Part shown: piece after piece, positions 21,326-31,591 of the stretch
Layout of the letters: each line of letters starts with the position of its first letter
Numbering within the stretch: the stretch's first letter is position 1
DNA from: a virus
IMG/VR virus record: IMGVR_UViG_3300042892_002840
Coordinates: 1 to 64,000 of that record
Direction: 5' to 3' (one strand)
Length of the DNA: 64,000 nucleotides
The notes under the pieces: generated by a model
Told to the model about the DNA's origin: nothing
Database searches by the model: none
Seen by the model: only the letters and a program-made list of their open reading frames with translations
Position numbers and translations under genes: made by a program

Positions 21326-22015
21326 TTATACTGTCAAAACACGGTCTACGATGAAACCATATTCTGCGCCTGCGTTTGCTGAGTCACCTGATGGAAGCAA
21401 ACGGAATGTAACTGGGAATGTTGATGCTGCGTTACGAGCCAAAGAGAACTGTGACTGTTGTACAGAAAGAACACGACGTGCATAGTATACACGCTCAGTT
21501 GCTGTTGCTTCAGATGTTGGAGCCTGGCCTACTGCAATAAGCTGACGCTCTGTTGGAGCCTCACCTAGTGCACCACCAGCAAGACCGAGCTTGTCGGTTG
21601 CTGTTGCGCCTGTTCCTGCTGATGTAAGTGTTGATGAGCGCTGACCGAATACTGTAAGAACGTTCTCAAGAGTACCTTCTGCCATTTCTGTTGCGATCAT
21701 AACTTCCATTGACTCCTTGAAAAGCTTAGCTGTATCAAGAAGCTGATCTACTGTTACTGAACCGTATGATGGGTTATATGTAACCTGAAGACCATTGTTT
21801 GTGTAACCAACGTTACGGTATCCGAATTCTCCAGCTACCTGGTCGATATCGTTAAGTGTCTTTGTGTAAGAAATTCCTGATGCAAAAGCGTAGTCGCCTG
21901 TTGCACCTGGCTCTGCATTTTCTACATAATCTGCTGATGTGATGTCAATGTTCGAAAGGAACAATGGTGACGCACCAACAAGAATATTTTTAGCATTACC
22001 TGTATTTTGTGCCAT
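21326..22015 (-). CDS. major tail (tube) protein
   Basis: NILVGA...VGYTNNG...VDQL...PVTFRLLP siphovirus tube pattern; position. Confidence 0.85.
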   Translation of the reverse strand: MAQNTGNAKNILVGASPLFLSNIDITSADYVENAEPGATGDYAFASGISYTKTLNDIDQVAGEFGYRNVGYTNNGLQVTYNPSYGSVTVDQLLDTAKLFKESMEVMIATEMAEGTLENVLTVFGQRSSTLTSAGTGATATDKLGLAGGALGEAPTERQLIAVGQAPTSEATATERVYYARRVLSVQQSQFSLARNAASTFPVTFRLLPSGDSANAGAEYGFIVDRVLTV

Positions 22016-22129
22016 TTGTAAAACCTCCTGTTAAATAAACATATATATATATTAATTCAATCTAAATCAAAGCTGGCTAGGCTTTTTACCTCAAGTCCAA
22101 TTTTACGGTATAGTCAATCAAAAGGCAAG

Positions 22130-22639
22130 CTAGATAAATCGTCCATCTGGGCCAGTAATTCTGGAATATTTAACCTCTAATATAATGTCTGCAGAAAGGA
22201 ATCCCTGAAGCTCCTCAGAGGGTGATATCGGGGATATTTCAAGCATATTGATGCTATGAAATTTAAGCTTTGGTTCTTCTTTAAATTTATTAATATCTCT
22301 TGCTGAATCATCCATTCGTCTAAACAGATCTGTCATTAAATTTCGGATTTCGTAGATATCTGTTATCTCCGTTGAATATACGGTAAATAAAATTTTCTCT
22401 GTGCATAGTAGCCAGATATCATCATATGATATTCCTATCTTGTCGTAGACTATATGCTTCTTCCCGCTCAAAAATTGATTCATTTCTGGCTGCTGCTGGA
22501 CAGGGATAATTGGGACTATTTCTAGCCCTATGTTGTCGCTATAATAATCGTTTTCGTCAAATATATTATTTACCTTAAGCTCATTCCAGAGGAACTTTCT
22601 GATCTCGAAAACTGAGTCAATTTTGTAATCTACTGTCAT
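22130..22639 (-). CDS. tail terminator-like protein
   Basis: Position upstream of major tail protein; size. Confidence 0.6.
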   Translation of the reverse strand: MTVDYKIDSVFEIRKFLWNELKVNNIFDENDYYSDNIGLEIVPIIPVQQQPEMNQFLSGKKHIVYDKIGISYDDIWLLCTEKILFTVYSTEITDIYEIRNLMTDLFRRMDDSARDINKFKEEPKLKFHSINMLEISPISPSEELQGFLSADIILEVKYSRITGPDGRFI

Positions 22640-23424
22640 AATGATCCTCCAAATGCTGCCTGTAATTTTGAATCCGCCTCTAGTCTTATTTTACCAGGGC
22701 TGAAGCTATATTGCACTTTCTTAATTGTTACTGGGACTGATAATGCTTTTGCAATCTTAGGGTTAAATATTCTTTGAAAGCCTGAGTTCTTTATTGAACT
22801 ATTTACTAGCTCCCCGCCAAAATATCTTCCGAAGTGGAGTCTAAATTGATTTGAAGAGGCACGTCCTCCTGGGCTCTTGACGGTCACTGAGGAGCCCTTT
22901 GGCATGAATACTGTTATGCCATCTAACTCGAACACAAGTCGCTCTGCGGACCTTGGGCGAATTATCACGGGCATTCCTGCTTCCATCACTGAAGCCTTGT
23001 TAGCAAATATATATTTTTTCTTTTGTTTTTTATTTTTTGAAGGAACGCTAGTCTTAGATAATTTAAAATCATATCCTATTCTAAATGAAAGTCCATCTGC
23101 ATCTATTCGTTTTATCTTAAATAATCTTGAAGTCTTTTGTCCTGTACGGTTCCATTCATAAACATGGTGAAGAGACTTTGGCTTTACCCTTGCAGATGAA
23201 TCCATAAATTCACCGAAGTCTTTATCTATTTGATCAAACAATGTTTTCTTAAATAAATTCTTAAATTCTCTATTTGATGTAAGCCTTCCCATGACACTTG
23301 CTTGATAATATAGGAATGCAGATATTTGTGCTACAGAAGAATCTTTTATTATTCCAACTGGAGGAGCAGACATTGTTTTTTCAAGTCCGCTTGCTGTTTG
23401 TAATAAAGCAACACTAGAGTCCAA
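22636..23424 (-). CDS. neck/tail completion protein
   Basis: Basic protein in the head-tail joining block. Confidence 0.55.
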   Translation of the reverse strand: MDSSVALLQTASGLEKTMSAPPVGIIKDSSVAQISAFLYYQASVMGRLTSNREFKNLFKKTLFDQIDKDFGEFMDSSARVKPKSLHHVYEWNRTGQKTSRLFKIKRIDADGLSFRIGYDFKLSKTSVPSKNKKQKKKYIFANKASVMEAGMPVIIRPRSAERLVFELDGITVFMPKGSSVTVKSPGGRASSNQFRLHFGRYFGGELVNSSIKNSGFQRIFNPKIAKALSVPVTIKKVQYSFSPGKIRLEADSKLQAAFGGSL

Positions 23425-23839
23425 TTACCTGATTCTCCGATCTACGGGCTACAAGGCTGTATCCAAGCACTCCACCAAACGGGTCTGTTATTGGCGTAGT
23501 TCCTGTTAGCTCAAATACGGTTGGAGTTTCTGTAGGATAATCAAGCTCGGTCCAGATAACGTTTTCAGATGAATCTCTAATATTTGTTACCTTCTCCCGC
23601 AATGTTATTCTTTTTTGGGTTCTAATTTCAATAGTCTGCTGATTTACATATGTGTTTCCCATTGTTTGCTTGTCAGAAGTTCTTGTTGTTGAATTGCTAA
23701 TTATCCCCTTAGCGTAGCACGGCACTGTTCTTGAGTAGTGCCAGCTTTTTTTAATAGCGCCAGTATTGGGATCCTGGACATCTTGCTGAACATAAACATC
23801 CATCTTCATATTTAGGATGGAGTCAACAAGAATACTCAT
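23414..23839 (-). CDS. head-tail stopper/joining protein
   Basis: Position and beta-rich 141 aa. Confidence 0.6.
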   Translation of the reverse strand: MSILVDSILNMKMDVYVQQDVQDPNTGAIKKSWHYSRTVPCYAKGIISNSTTRTSDKQTMGNTYVNQQTIEIRTQKRITLREKVTNIRDSSENVIWTELDYPTETPTVFELTGTTPITDPFGGVLGYSLVARRSENQVIGL

Positions 23840-23840
23840 T

Positions 23841-24755
23841 TTATATCAACACCATCTTGCTTATAACATAAGGAAGCAAGAGCTGATCTACGTAGTTATT
23901 GCCAGTACCAGAGAACGTGGCTGAGTTAAAATCAAATTGCCAGTCAAATGTAGATATAGACTTAATGTATTTATTACGCCATACCTTATCTTTTGAGAAG
24001 TAATCCTTCATTAACTCTATCGCCGCCATCTCAACTTCATTTGGAACTCTTGTCCACCCAAATGAACCAGTGATTTTGTACCTAGCATCTTTATTAAATA
24101 TGCCTGAATAATCATTAATTGTTGGAGGGATCATTCCGTTAGCCGTATAAACAGTATTATCTAGCATGTTGGCTCTATTTAATCTTACGGCAAATCCACT
24201 TTCAGCAATCTCAAATGGCATATTTTCAAGAGGAAGATCGTTTACAAAAACTTCATCAAGACTGTTAATCTTGCGAGTTAATGGAAGGATATCATTTCCT
24301 GAGCCATATGCTATCTCAGATGAATCGTAGCTATAAAATTTTTGCTGAGTATAGTTTTCAATAACCTTACGAGCATATCTTTCTGCTTCTATTAAGTCCT
24401 GATATGTTCTGCTATTTGGATCGTTGTAATCAGACCCTAAGCCTAGCCCATTAATAACTTGTGAAAGGTCTACATATGGTTTAACGATATCAATATTCTG
24501 ATCATGAGATATAGAAACTCCCTCTACCTCATATTCCCATGTTGCAATAAGAGATAGTCCAGCCAGCTTTGTGATCTGTGGCGCATAAAAATTATACACA
24601 CCGATATCTGTTTCTGACTCGACTGCTTCTCCAGAATACAACATTTCTTCGCCATCAAATAAAGATACTACTGGTGCGCTATCTGCCACTGCAGATTCGC
24701 CTTTCCAGAATACTCTATGCTGTATTGGTGAATTTGTTCCTATTGATATTTCCAT
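23841..24755 (-). CDS. head-tail adaptor protein
   Basis: C-terminal GWTRVPNEVEMAAIEL...TGNNYVDQLL adaptor-type motif. Confidence 0.7.
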   Translation of the reverse strand: MEISIGTNSPIQHRVFWKGESAVADSAPVVSLFDGEEMLYSGEAVESETDIGVYNFYAPQITKLAGLSLIATWEYEVEGVSISHDQNIDIVKPYVDLSQVINGLGLGSDYNDPNSRTYQDLIEAERYARKVIENYTQQKFYSYDSSEIAYGSGNDILPLTRKINSLDEVFVNDLPLENMPFEIAESGFAVRLNRANMLDNTVYTANGMIPPTINDYSGIFNKDARYKITGSFGWTRVPNEVEMAAIELMKDYFSKDKVWRNKYIKSISTFDWQFDFNSATFSGTGNNYVDQLLLPYVISKMVLI

Positions 24756-24769
24756 AGTTTGTGTTAAGT

Positions 24770-25162
24770 TTAGCTATAAAAGTCTTGAACTTCCTTTGGT
24801 GTTGCTAAACGAAAACCCTCCTCTAAATCAAAAATTAACTGAGCATCTTCTTCTGACATTGCTACAAACGGATGGGTCTTTGTGAATGTATGATTTGCAA
24901 TATCATATCTTGCGTTGTCTCTTGTCATTCTTACCAAGACAGAATCTTTATCTACCGTCTTAGGGTCAAACTTTGGAAGAATTTCAATTTCTTCTGTGTC
25001 CTTTTCAATTGCCTCTAGTGTGCTTTGATATACGGCCCATGTGACGCCTTCTTCTGATAGAGCTGCAATTACGTCTTTTTTGTTCTTGAGTCCTTCTGTA
25101 TCTACAGCAAACTCGGTTGCAATTTCTTTAAGTTCGGCTACTTTTAATGTGTCAAATGACAT
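24770..25162 (-). CDS. protein with Rho-N/HeH-like N-terminal domain
   Basis: LKVAELKEIA...KKDVIAAL; typical position after the MCP. Confidence 0.65.
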   Translation of the reverse strand: MSFDTLKVAELKEIATEFAVDTEGLKNKKDVIAALSEEGVTWAVYQSTLEAIEKDTEEIEILPKFDPKTVDKDSVLVRMTRDNARYDIANHTFTKTHPFVAMSEEDAQLIFDLEEGFRLATPKEVQDFYS

Positions 25163-25216
25163 ATTTATTTCTCCTCTTTCTAGGTCCTTTAATTATAGCA
25201 TTGATAAATTAAAATG

Positions 25217-25243
25217 AAAAGCCCCCAAAATTAATTGGGGGCT
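25217..25243 (-). terminator. intrinsic terminator after major capsid gene
   Basis: AGCCCCCAA/TTGGGGGCT stem followed by a T-run. Confidence 0.7.
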
Positions 25244-25268
25244 CTTCGGTGGTTTAATTCTTAATTAA

Positions 25269-26339
25269 TTAAGAAGCAACCTTAATGTTCTTAACAACGA
25301 CCCAAGCGTCTGCCTGCTCGACCTGAACACCAACACGAGTATACATTGTGTACTCGATTGAGTCCTTACGTGGCCAGAAGAAGCGGTAAACTGTGATGTC
25401 ACGCTTGATACCAATAACAACGTTATTTGGGAATGTCAAGTGGATATCACCGTGTGAGCCTGCTGCTCCTGTGTATGAACCTGTCTGTGTCTCAGGAAGA
25501 AGTGGAACTTCAACGATTGGAATACCAAATGCGTATGGAGCTACATATCCTGCTGGACCACCAAGAACTGGAACATCTCCACGGATGATGCCTGAAGCAA
25601 TGTCCTGTGGGTTAACGTTCTGAATGTTCTGTGATGTTGAGTATAAGTAATCCTGGATCAAGTTTGAACCTGATAGGAAGCGAAGGTCTGTACGACGTTG
25701 CTTGTACTTACGTGGGAGTGCCTTAAGAGCTGCGTTGAATACTGCACGGTCAAGACCTGTTGCTGTATTTGCGCCCTTGATCTGTGCAGCGTCGACTACG
25801 TGGCCTGAAGCCTTAGCCTTCTTAACTACACCATTGAATGACTTGTAAAGTGCATCGCTTGTTAGTGACTCATCACCGTTAAGAATAACATCTTCGATGT
25901 CATTTCCTGCCTGTGTTGCCATCAAACGTGCAATGTGATCTTCAAGATCTGCACCTTCAATATTGTCTTCTAGAGACTCTGTTGAAAGCTCCCAGTCCAT
26001 GCGAAGCTTCTTAGTTGTGAGAGAGATTTTTGAGAAAGTAACACCGCTGTTTGAAGCTGTGTTCTCGCCTTCAGATGCAAGCTTAACAAGCTTTTCTCCT
26101 ACTGACATACGATCAATCTCTGTTGTGTCAGACTTCATTCGGACAGTACGTGCAACCTTACCAATTACGGTAGCATCGAACATATAGTCCAAGAATCGTG
26201 CTGATTGTTCTGGGTTTAGAAGTCCACCATTGCCATTTTCTGAAGCAACGTGAACGCCTGAACCACCAGTTGTTGAGCCAAAGCCAGTTGATACTGTTGT
26301 ACCTGCTGCTGCAGCCTTTTCTAATAATTCATTACTCAT
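25269..26339 (-). CDS. major capsid protein (HK97 fold)
   Basis: GGLLNPEQ, ESLEDNIEG, ILNGD; follows the protease; followed by a terminator. Confidence 0.92.
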   Translation of the reverse strand: MSNELLEKAAAAGTTVSTGFGSTTGGSGVHVASENGNGGLLNPEQSARFLDYMFDATVIGKVARTVRMKSDTTEIDRMSVGEKLVKLASEGENTASNSGVTFSKISLTTKKLRMDWELSTESLEDNIEGADLEDHIARLMATQAGNDIEDVILNGDESLTSDALYKSFNGVVKKAKASGHVVDAAQIKGANTATGLDRAVFNAALKALPRKYKQRRTDLRFLSGSNLIQDYLYSTSQNIQNVNPQDIASGIIRGDVPVLGGPAGYVAPYAFGIPIVEVPLLPETQTGSYTGAAGSHGDIHLTFPNNVVIGIKRDITVYRFFWPRKDSIEYTMYTRVGVQVEQADAWVVVKNIKVAS

Positions 26340-26360
26340 TTTTATTTCACCTACCTTATT

Positions 26361-27740
26361 TTAGTTAAAGATTTCATTTACGGAACCGAGGAAAGCTCCT
26401 GACCATTTTGATTTTGATTTAGTAAAAACCTCAGACCCGCCAAGGTCAGAGGACTTCTTGATTGCTGTGTCGCCTTCTACGGCATCCACACGCTTTTGAA
26501 CACCATCAATGGTGCCCTTGATTTCTGCAACAGCCTCACTGAGGGCATTGCTCTTTTCTGCCAAATCTGCAATTCTAACATCTACGCTCTTGCTGAAAGC
26601 TTCAACAGTCTCTTGGATTGTTGTTACTTGTGCTGCATTTGCTTCAGATGCCTTATTGAGAGTCTCTGAGAAAAAGCCTTTTAGATCGCCTAACATTTTT
26701 GCAAAATCAGGTTCATCAACCATAACTTCTACTGCTTCGGCTGCTTTTTCAACGTTATCGGCAGAGGTATCTTCTGTTGCAACTTCTGCAACTTCAGATG
26801 ATTTGTCAAAAAGATTGACGTTTGATTCATCTGCTGCTTCAGCAACTGGTGCTTCTTCAACTGGTGTCTCAACTTCTGGAGTAACTTCAGCTGGAGCTTC
26901 AACAATTGCTTCTGCAACTACTGACTCTTCTTTGCCTACATTAAGTTTTTCCATGTCATTACCTCCTTCTACGTTTGCCTGTTTTGCTAATTGTGTTTCA
27001 GGCAACGGTAATCTTGACTTCTTAAATGAAGCAAGAATCTTGTCTATTTCTTTTGATTTGTTAATATCAGAACTTTCTACCCAGCCTATTAGCGATGCTG
27101 GCTTTCCTGATATTGGTGATTCAAATGTCTTTTCTGTTGACATAAATACTGAATCACTTTCTTCGCAATAAAAAATGTTTTCTGTTACAACCTCTGTTGC
27201 TAAACCTTTGTAAATCATTTTGCCGCCAACTTTCTCTATGGAAAAAATGTTGCATAGCTCGTTTGCTGGTGAGTCAACAATTGATAACTCAATAAGATCG
27301 TAGTCTTTAATAAATCTTACTTGCTCTCCAGTTGCTTTGTTCATTTCATTATCTGAGTCATTAATCTTTCCGCCAATAGAAAAACCAGAAAGAGTGCCGT
27401 CAAGAACTTTTTCCCAAGTATCTTGTGCACCCTTTGAAATATATGATGTTACGTAAACACCATTGTAAAAATTTTGAGACTTCTGGTCATAGTATGTTTC
27501 AGGTTTAAAAGAAACAACTTTACCAACTGCAACTGACTGATGCATCTCACGGAGATTTCCTCTGAAATTTTCAAACGCTTTGATACTTGCTTCCGCTGTT
27601 ACAACGTCGCCTGTTTGATCTATGTTGTCTAGTGTTGCAAATCCAGAGACAGTTCTGTTTTCTCTGTTTACCTTTGTGAAGGGAACAGATAAATGCAGGT
27701 TATCGCCATTGCTGGACCAGTGTGATTTCTCGATGTTCAT
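26361..27740 (-). CDS. prohead protease fused to acidic/coiled-coil scaffold
   Basis: VSGFAT..NIDQTGD, REMH, GFSIGG, ELSIVDSPAN; Glu/Ala-rich C-terminus. Confidence 0.9.
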   Translation of the reverse strand: MNIEKSHWSSNGDNLHLSVPFTKVNRENRTVSGFATLDNIDQTGDVVTAEASIKAFENFRGNLREMHQSVAVGKVVSFKPETYYDQKSQNFYNGVYVTSYISKGAQDTWEKVLDGTLSGFSIGGKINDSDNEMNKATGEQVRFIKDYDLIELSIVDSPANELCNIFSIEKVGGKMIYKGLATEVVTENIFYCEESDSVFMSTEKTFESPISGKPASLIGWVESSDINKSKEIDKILASFKKSRLPLPETQLAKQANVEGGNDMEKLNVGKEESVVAEAIVEAPAEVTPEVETPVEEAPVAEAADESNVNLFDKSSEVAEVATEDTSADNVEKAAEAVEVMVDEPDFAKMLGDLKGFFSETLNKASEANAAQVTTIQETVEAFSKSVDVRIADLAEKSNALSEAVAEIKGTIDGVQKRVDAVEGDTAIKKSSDLGGSEVFTKSKSKWSGAFLGSVNEIFN

Positions 27741-27793
27741 ATGCTTAATTTTATAGGTTTATCTACTCTAACGCAAATAGCAGTCGATTAAAC

Positions 27794-29386
27794 TTATTTG
27801 ACTTTGGGACCATCGCCTTTCGCATTTCGGCCTTCCCCATTTTTATCTGGGGCATTTTTGGCTCGCTCTTGGTCTCGTGACCTATTGCCTGTGGATTTAG
27901 CATTTTGGTCAGCAGCCTGCTGAGGCTTTAATTCTACTACTTCGTCGCCTCCGTCACGAGGAATCATATTCCTTCTAATTCTAACTTCGTTAGGAGTAAT
28001 TACCTGCATTCTCAAATAGATCTCGTCTATCTGGCTTTGTGTAATTTCGTCAGTAAGGCTGAGCTCGTTAAACTTCAATTCAACGACATCTGTCTTTTCT
28101 GCAATTAAATAGTTTAATTTCTTTTCAAGTCTATCTTGGGCTGGTCTACAAACCTGCTCTTTAAATGTTTTATCTGCGTCACGAGCATTTGCAAGAGAAG
28201 CACCTTCAGGCAAACCAATCTTATTGATTGGAACTCTGTGGGCTAAAAGGATTTCATCTCTATTTGTTTTACGATAAATATTAAATGAAGACTCTTGCTC
28301 TCCAGCCTCAATAGGCTCCATTTTGAATTCAGTTTTTGAATCTGGTGTATCTGCAGGCAATGGAATATAAAGAGATCTATGGTTCTTTCCCTTTAGGCCA
28401 ACCTGGAAAAATTCAAGAAGCTTTCTTTCTGACTCTGGTGAAAGCTTTGCTCCTTTTACTGTGATAATATATCTTGGCACCGCCTTATTTTCAAAGTAGT
28501 CTAAGTTATATCGTCCCGCAAATTCGTTACCCGCAAGGGCTTGCTGAGCAGCAATAATATCTGGCACTCCGTAGTAGTTATTGTTTGGAGTGTACTTCTT
28601 TAAATGAATAATTTCGTTTGGTCGGTCTTCTTGGCCAGCAATAGGGCTAAGAGTTTCTAGGTCTCCAAAGTTTCTAAAGAAAACAGCCTTGCCATAAAGC
28701 AACTGAATAAATCCGTCACGGAATCTACGCACACGCATTGTTTTAGCTGGTATGTGGCCGATGTAGCCTATGTCACCTGCTGTTGTACGTCCTATCTCAA
28801 TGTAACCGTTACCTGTAGCCTCAAGGTCTGTGTAAGCCTTTATGAGGGTCTCTGTGAAAGACTCTTCCTCGTTACAATCATCAAGCCATTTATCTAAATT
28901 TGTTTTAATTCGATTAATCTTTGATCTTGCTCTATCAAGCTGCTTTGGATCAGTTATTTCGTCCATTGCGTCTTTTGCTTTTGATGTCTCTGCAAATGTA
29001 TACCCTAGGCCTACAATATTAGAAACCTTTGCATTAATAGCTGCATAGTTATATGTTGACACTTCGTAAATTCTTGATAGATACTCTAGATTATATGTTG
29101 GCTCAACTAAATCAAAAAGAGCATATCCGCTAATTGCTTGTTGCAATAAATTTTGCTGTGTGCCTACTCCAGATGTTCCTACAAATGCTTTTGAAAAATC
29201 TCTGTTTATCTTGCGCTTAAAATTGCTTCCAAGCCCTCTGAGTTTTTTAATATCATCTAAGCCGATGTTGAATGGATCTTCGTGCTCCTCTGCTTTCTTA
29301 AAGGAGAACCAGTCGGCTGTATTTGAAATATCAATTGTTTGTGATTGTGAATCTGACTCGAAGTCTTCTACATATTCAGCTCTCAA
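27794..29386 (-). CDS. portal protein
   Basis: TGNGYIEI, EIIHLK..YYGVP, YFENKAVP, AHRVP, ITPNEVR. Confidence 0.92.
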   Translation of the reverse strand: MRAEYVEDFESDSQSQTIDISNTADWFSFKKAEEHEDPFNIGLDDIKKLRGLGSNFKRKINRDFSKAFVGTSGVGTQQNLLQQAISGYALFDLVEPTYNLEYLSRIYEVSTYNYAAINAKVSNIVGLGYTFAETSKAKDAMDEITDPKQLDRARSKINRIKTNLDKWLDDCNEEESFTETLIKAYTDLEATGNGYIEIGRTTAGDIGYIGHIPAKTMRVRRFRDGFIQLLYGKAVFFRNFGDLETLSPIAGQEDRPNEIIHLKKYTPNNNYYGVPDIIAAQQALAGNEFAGRYNLDYFENKAVPRYIITVKGAKLSPESERKLLEFFQVGLKGKNHRSLYIPLPADTPDSKTEFKMEPIEAGEQESSFNIYRKTNRDEILLAHRVPINKIGLPEGASLANARDADKTFKEQVCRPAQDRLEKKLNYLIAEKTDVVELKFNELSLTDEITQSQIDEIYLRMQVITPNEVRIRRNMIPRDGGDEVVELKPQQAADQNAKSTGNRSRDQERAKNAPDKNGEGRNAKGDGPKVK

Positions 29387-29736
29387 TGTACTTTACCATC
29401 CCTAAGTAGTCCGTCTTTGTAAACACCAATATCTAGTGGGTCTGGAGTAAGACCCCACTTCAATCTTTCATGTTGGTGCTCAAACTCTTCATCGTCAATT
29501 TTTCGTCTTCCAGACAAGAACTTGGGCTTGCCTTCATAAATACCGTATGACTGAACTTCTCTTGCCAGCGCATCGATTCTGGAACGATTGTCTTTCATTG
29601 ATGTTATAGACAAAAAGTTACCGTCGTCGTCGCCAATCCATCTGCCGTCTGGCATTTCCCAGACGTATATACCTAGTCTGGTTTCTTCTACGAATCGAGT
29701 ATTTTTATTTAATATTTCCATGATGTAACATATCAT
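29383..29736 (-). CDS. hypothetical protein coupled to portal
   Basis: 4-nt overlap with portal. Confidence 0.7.
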   Translation of the reverse strand: MICYIMEILNKNTRFVEETRLGIYVWEMPDGRWIGDDDGNFLSITSMKDNRSRIDALAREVQSYGIYEGKPKFLSGRRKIDDEEFEHQHERLKWGLTPDPLDIGVYKDGLLRDGKVH

Positions 29737-29785
29737 ACCATTATTCCTGGCCCAAGTCCAGAGAATGTACTGGCTATGTACAGAA

Positions 29786-31588
29786 TTAAATAGATACTGC
29801 TTCTGGTTGTACCGAAATTACTATGTATGGGGTAGAATCTGTACCAGATGTGGACTCTGCTATTGAAAATGAAGTATCTGAAATAGGCTCTGAATCTATT
29901 TCTCTGTACATCAAGTAGTGTTTTGATATCTGATAGGATGAAAGCTCATAGTCATATAGGCCTAGGTTATTGTAGGTATTTGATCCGCCGCTTTTAGAGT
30001 CTGCCTGGTTCTGATTAAACTTAAGTCCTTCTTCAACCGCAGATGAGAGTATTACTATTATGTGGTGTGTTGCCCTGTCTACAAAAAACTCAGAGATATT
30101 TGAGGCTGTTGTGACATCAACCCCATTGACATATACTGAGTCTATTCCAGACTTGCTTATCGCCCCAAGGCTATCCCACTCATATATTGCGGATGGAGTT
30201 GAAAATAAAACATTTTCATCCATATCTGGTGTAAACAAAACCTCTATGGTTTTTGTAGACAAATCTGAGTTTATTGTAAACCCATGACCATTTACCATTC
30301 TTAGGCCATTGTTTATATTGTAAGATAGTGCTCTCTTATTGGATAGAGGAAGGGCGTAGTCGTAGTCAGAAGAAACAAAGTACCCAAAGTTGTCTGAGTA
30401 AAAATCTTTATCATTAAAGAAATCAATAATAATAGATCTTAGGATTGGAAGATGAAGTGATGTATCTGAAGAGGACATCTCAACCTTTATATATAATACC
30501 TCTGCTGTAATTGGCTCATTTTTATTAAAATGCGGAAGAGGGAATCCGTTTACACAGGGAATCCATGTGTCTCCATCTGTAGATGCACTGATAGATATTC
30601 CATCTGTATCTGAGTCCCAGTATATCTGTGAGCTAGAAACATTAAGTGTACTTGGAACTGTTATTACATCTGTAAATGTAAATGATCCATCTAAGGATTC
30701 GTCAAAGAACAAATAGGATGAGTCTCCTGATAACCTTACTGAGTCATTAATAAACCCAGTCCATCTTATTCTAGAAGGGTATGCATATCTGTATACTGGC
30801 TTCATCAAGGAGGCATTCATTGTAAAAAGGTATCCATTGTCATTATGAACAATTTGCAATGGACTGGTTTCTTTAATTCCAGCCGAGTAATGCTTAAATA
30901 TTTGAGCAGGTAACAGGTTGTACTTATAAAAAGCTACAGCATCTATCATAAAGGCAGATGTAGTAGTTCCAGATTTAAATGAGGCCTCTTCGTTTAAAAA
31001 TTTATATGAATCAATAGATATTGTGCTAACTTTATTGCCATTTATAAATAAAGACATTGAGCTTGAGGAAAACTGTCCAACAATATGTATCGCCTCGTTT
31101 GATGTAACTTTATAGAATACCTTATTTTCGCCTACCTGAAATATGACATTGCCTGATTGATAAAATACGCCAACATTATTTGCCTCGTCTGAAACTATGC
31201 CTATTTTTGAAGTAGTGTATTCTGGCATAATGGCCCACAGCTCTATGTCAAAAGAATTGTCTGCATAATACTTGTTTGCTATACCATTAACTGTATAACT
31301 TATAACTGTCTCTGGCTCAACAAGGGTTCCTCTTACTCCACCGCTCACAAGTGGCATAAGCTGCATGATAGAAGCATTAATTGCATATCCATGATTTGAG
31401 TTCCCAGAGTAGTCGTAAACTGGAAGCCCGCTTAAAGCAGAATATGAAACTCCGTTATCTTTTAAGTCCTGATAGGTTGCAAATATATCTTTAAGGCTGT
31501 TGTAAGAGCCAATGTCTCCAGATCTAACCTCATCTAACAAAAAGAAAGATGATGGCTTATCCTGTAAGACCGTGTATTTATATGACAT
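29786..31588 (-). CDS. LamG/concanavalin-like virion protein
   Basis: DYSGNSNHG, HIVG...LFING, IDAVAFY...QIFKHY. Confidence 0.75.
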   Translation of the reverse strand: MSYKYTVLQDKPSSFFLLDEVRSGDIGSYNSLKDIFATYQDLKDNGVSYSALSGLPVYDYSGNSNHGYAINASIMQLMPLVSGGVRGTLVEPETVISYTVNGIANKYYADNSFDIELWAIMPEYTTSKIGIVSDEANNVGVFYQSGNVIFQVGENKVFYKVTSNEAIHIVGQFSSSSMSLFINGNKVSTISIDSYKFLNEEASFKSGTTTSAFMIDAVAFYKYNLLPAQIFKHYSAGIKETSPLQIVHNDNGYLFTMNASLMKPVYRYAYPSRIRWTGFINDSVRLSGDSSYLFFDESLDGSFTFTDVITVPSTLNVSSSQIYWDSDTDGISISASTDGDTWIPCVNGFPLPHFNKNEPITAEVLYIKVEMSSSDTSLHLPILRSIIIDFFNDKDFYSDNFGYFVSSDYDYALPLSNKRALSYNINNGLRMVNGHGFTINSDLSTKTIEVLFTPDMDENVLFSTPSAIYEWDSLGAISKSGIDSVYVNGVDVTTASNISEFFVDRATHHIIVILSSAVEEGLKFNQNQADSKSGGSNTYNNLGLYDYELSSYQISKHYLMYREIDSEPISDTSFSIAESTSGTDSTPYIVISVQPEAVSI

Positions 31589-31591
31589 GTC

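Noticed and set aside
26509-27171. Long plus-strand ORFs opposite structural genes (also 3903..4493, 5112..5675, 50745..51233)
   Set aside because: Antisense shadows of biased coding sequence, with no motifs or start signals.
27794-29736. Missing terminase next to the portal as a sign of a defective element
   Set aside because: The window is partial and large phages often place terminase elsewhere; structural genes look intact.
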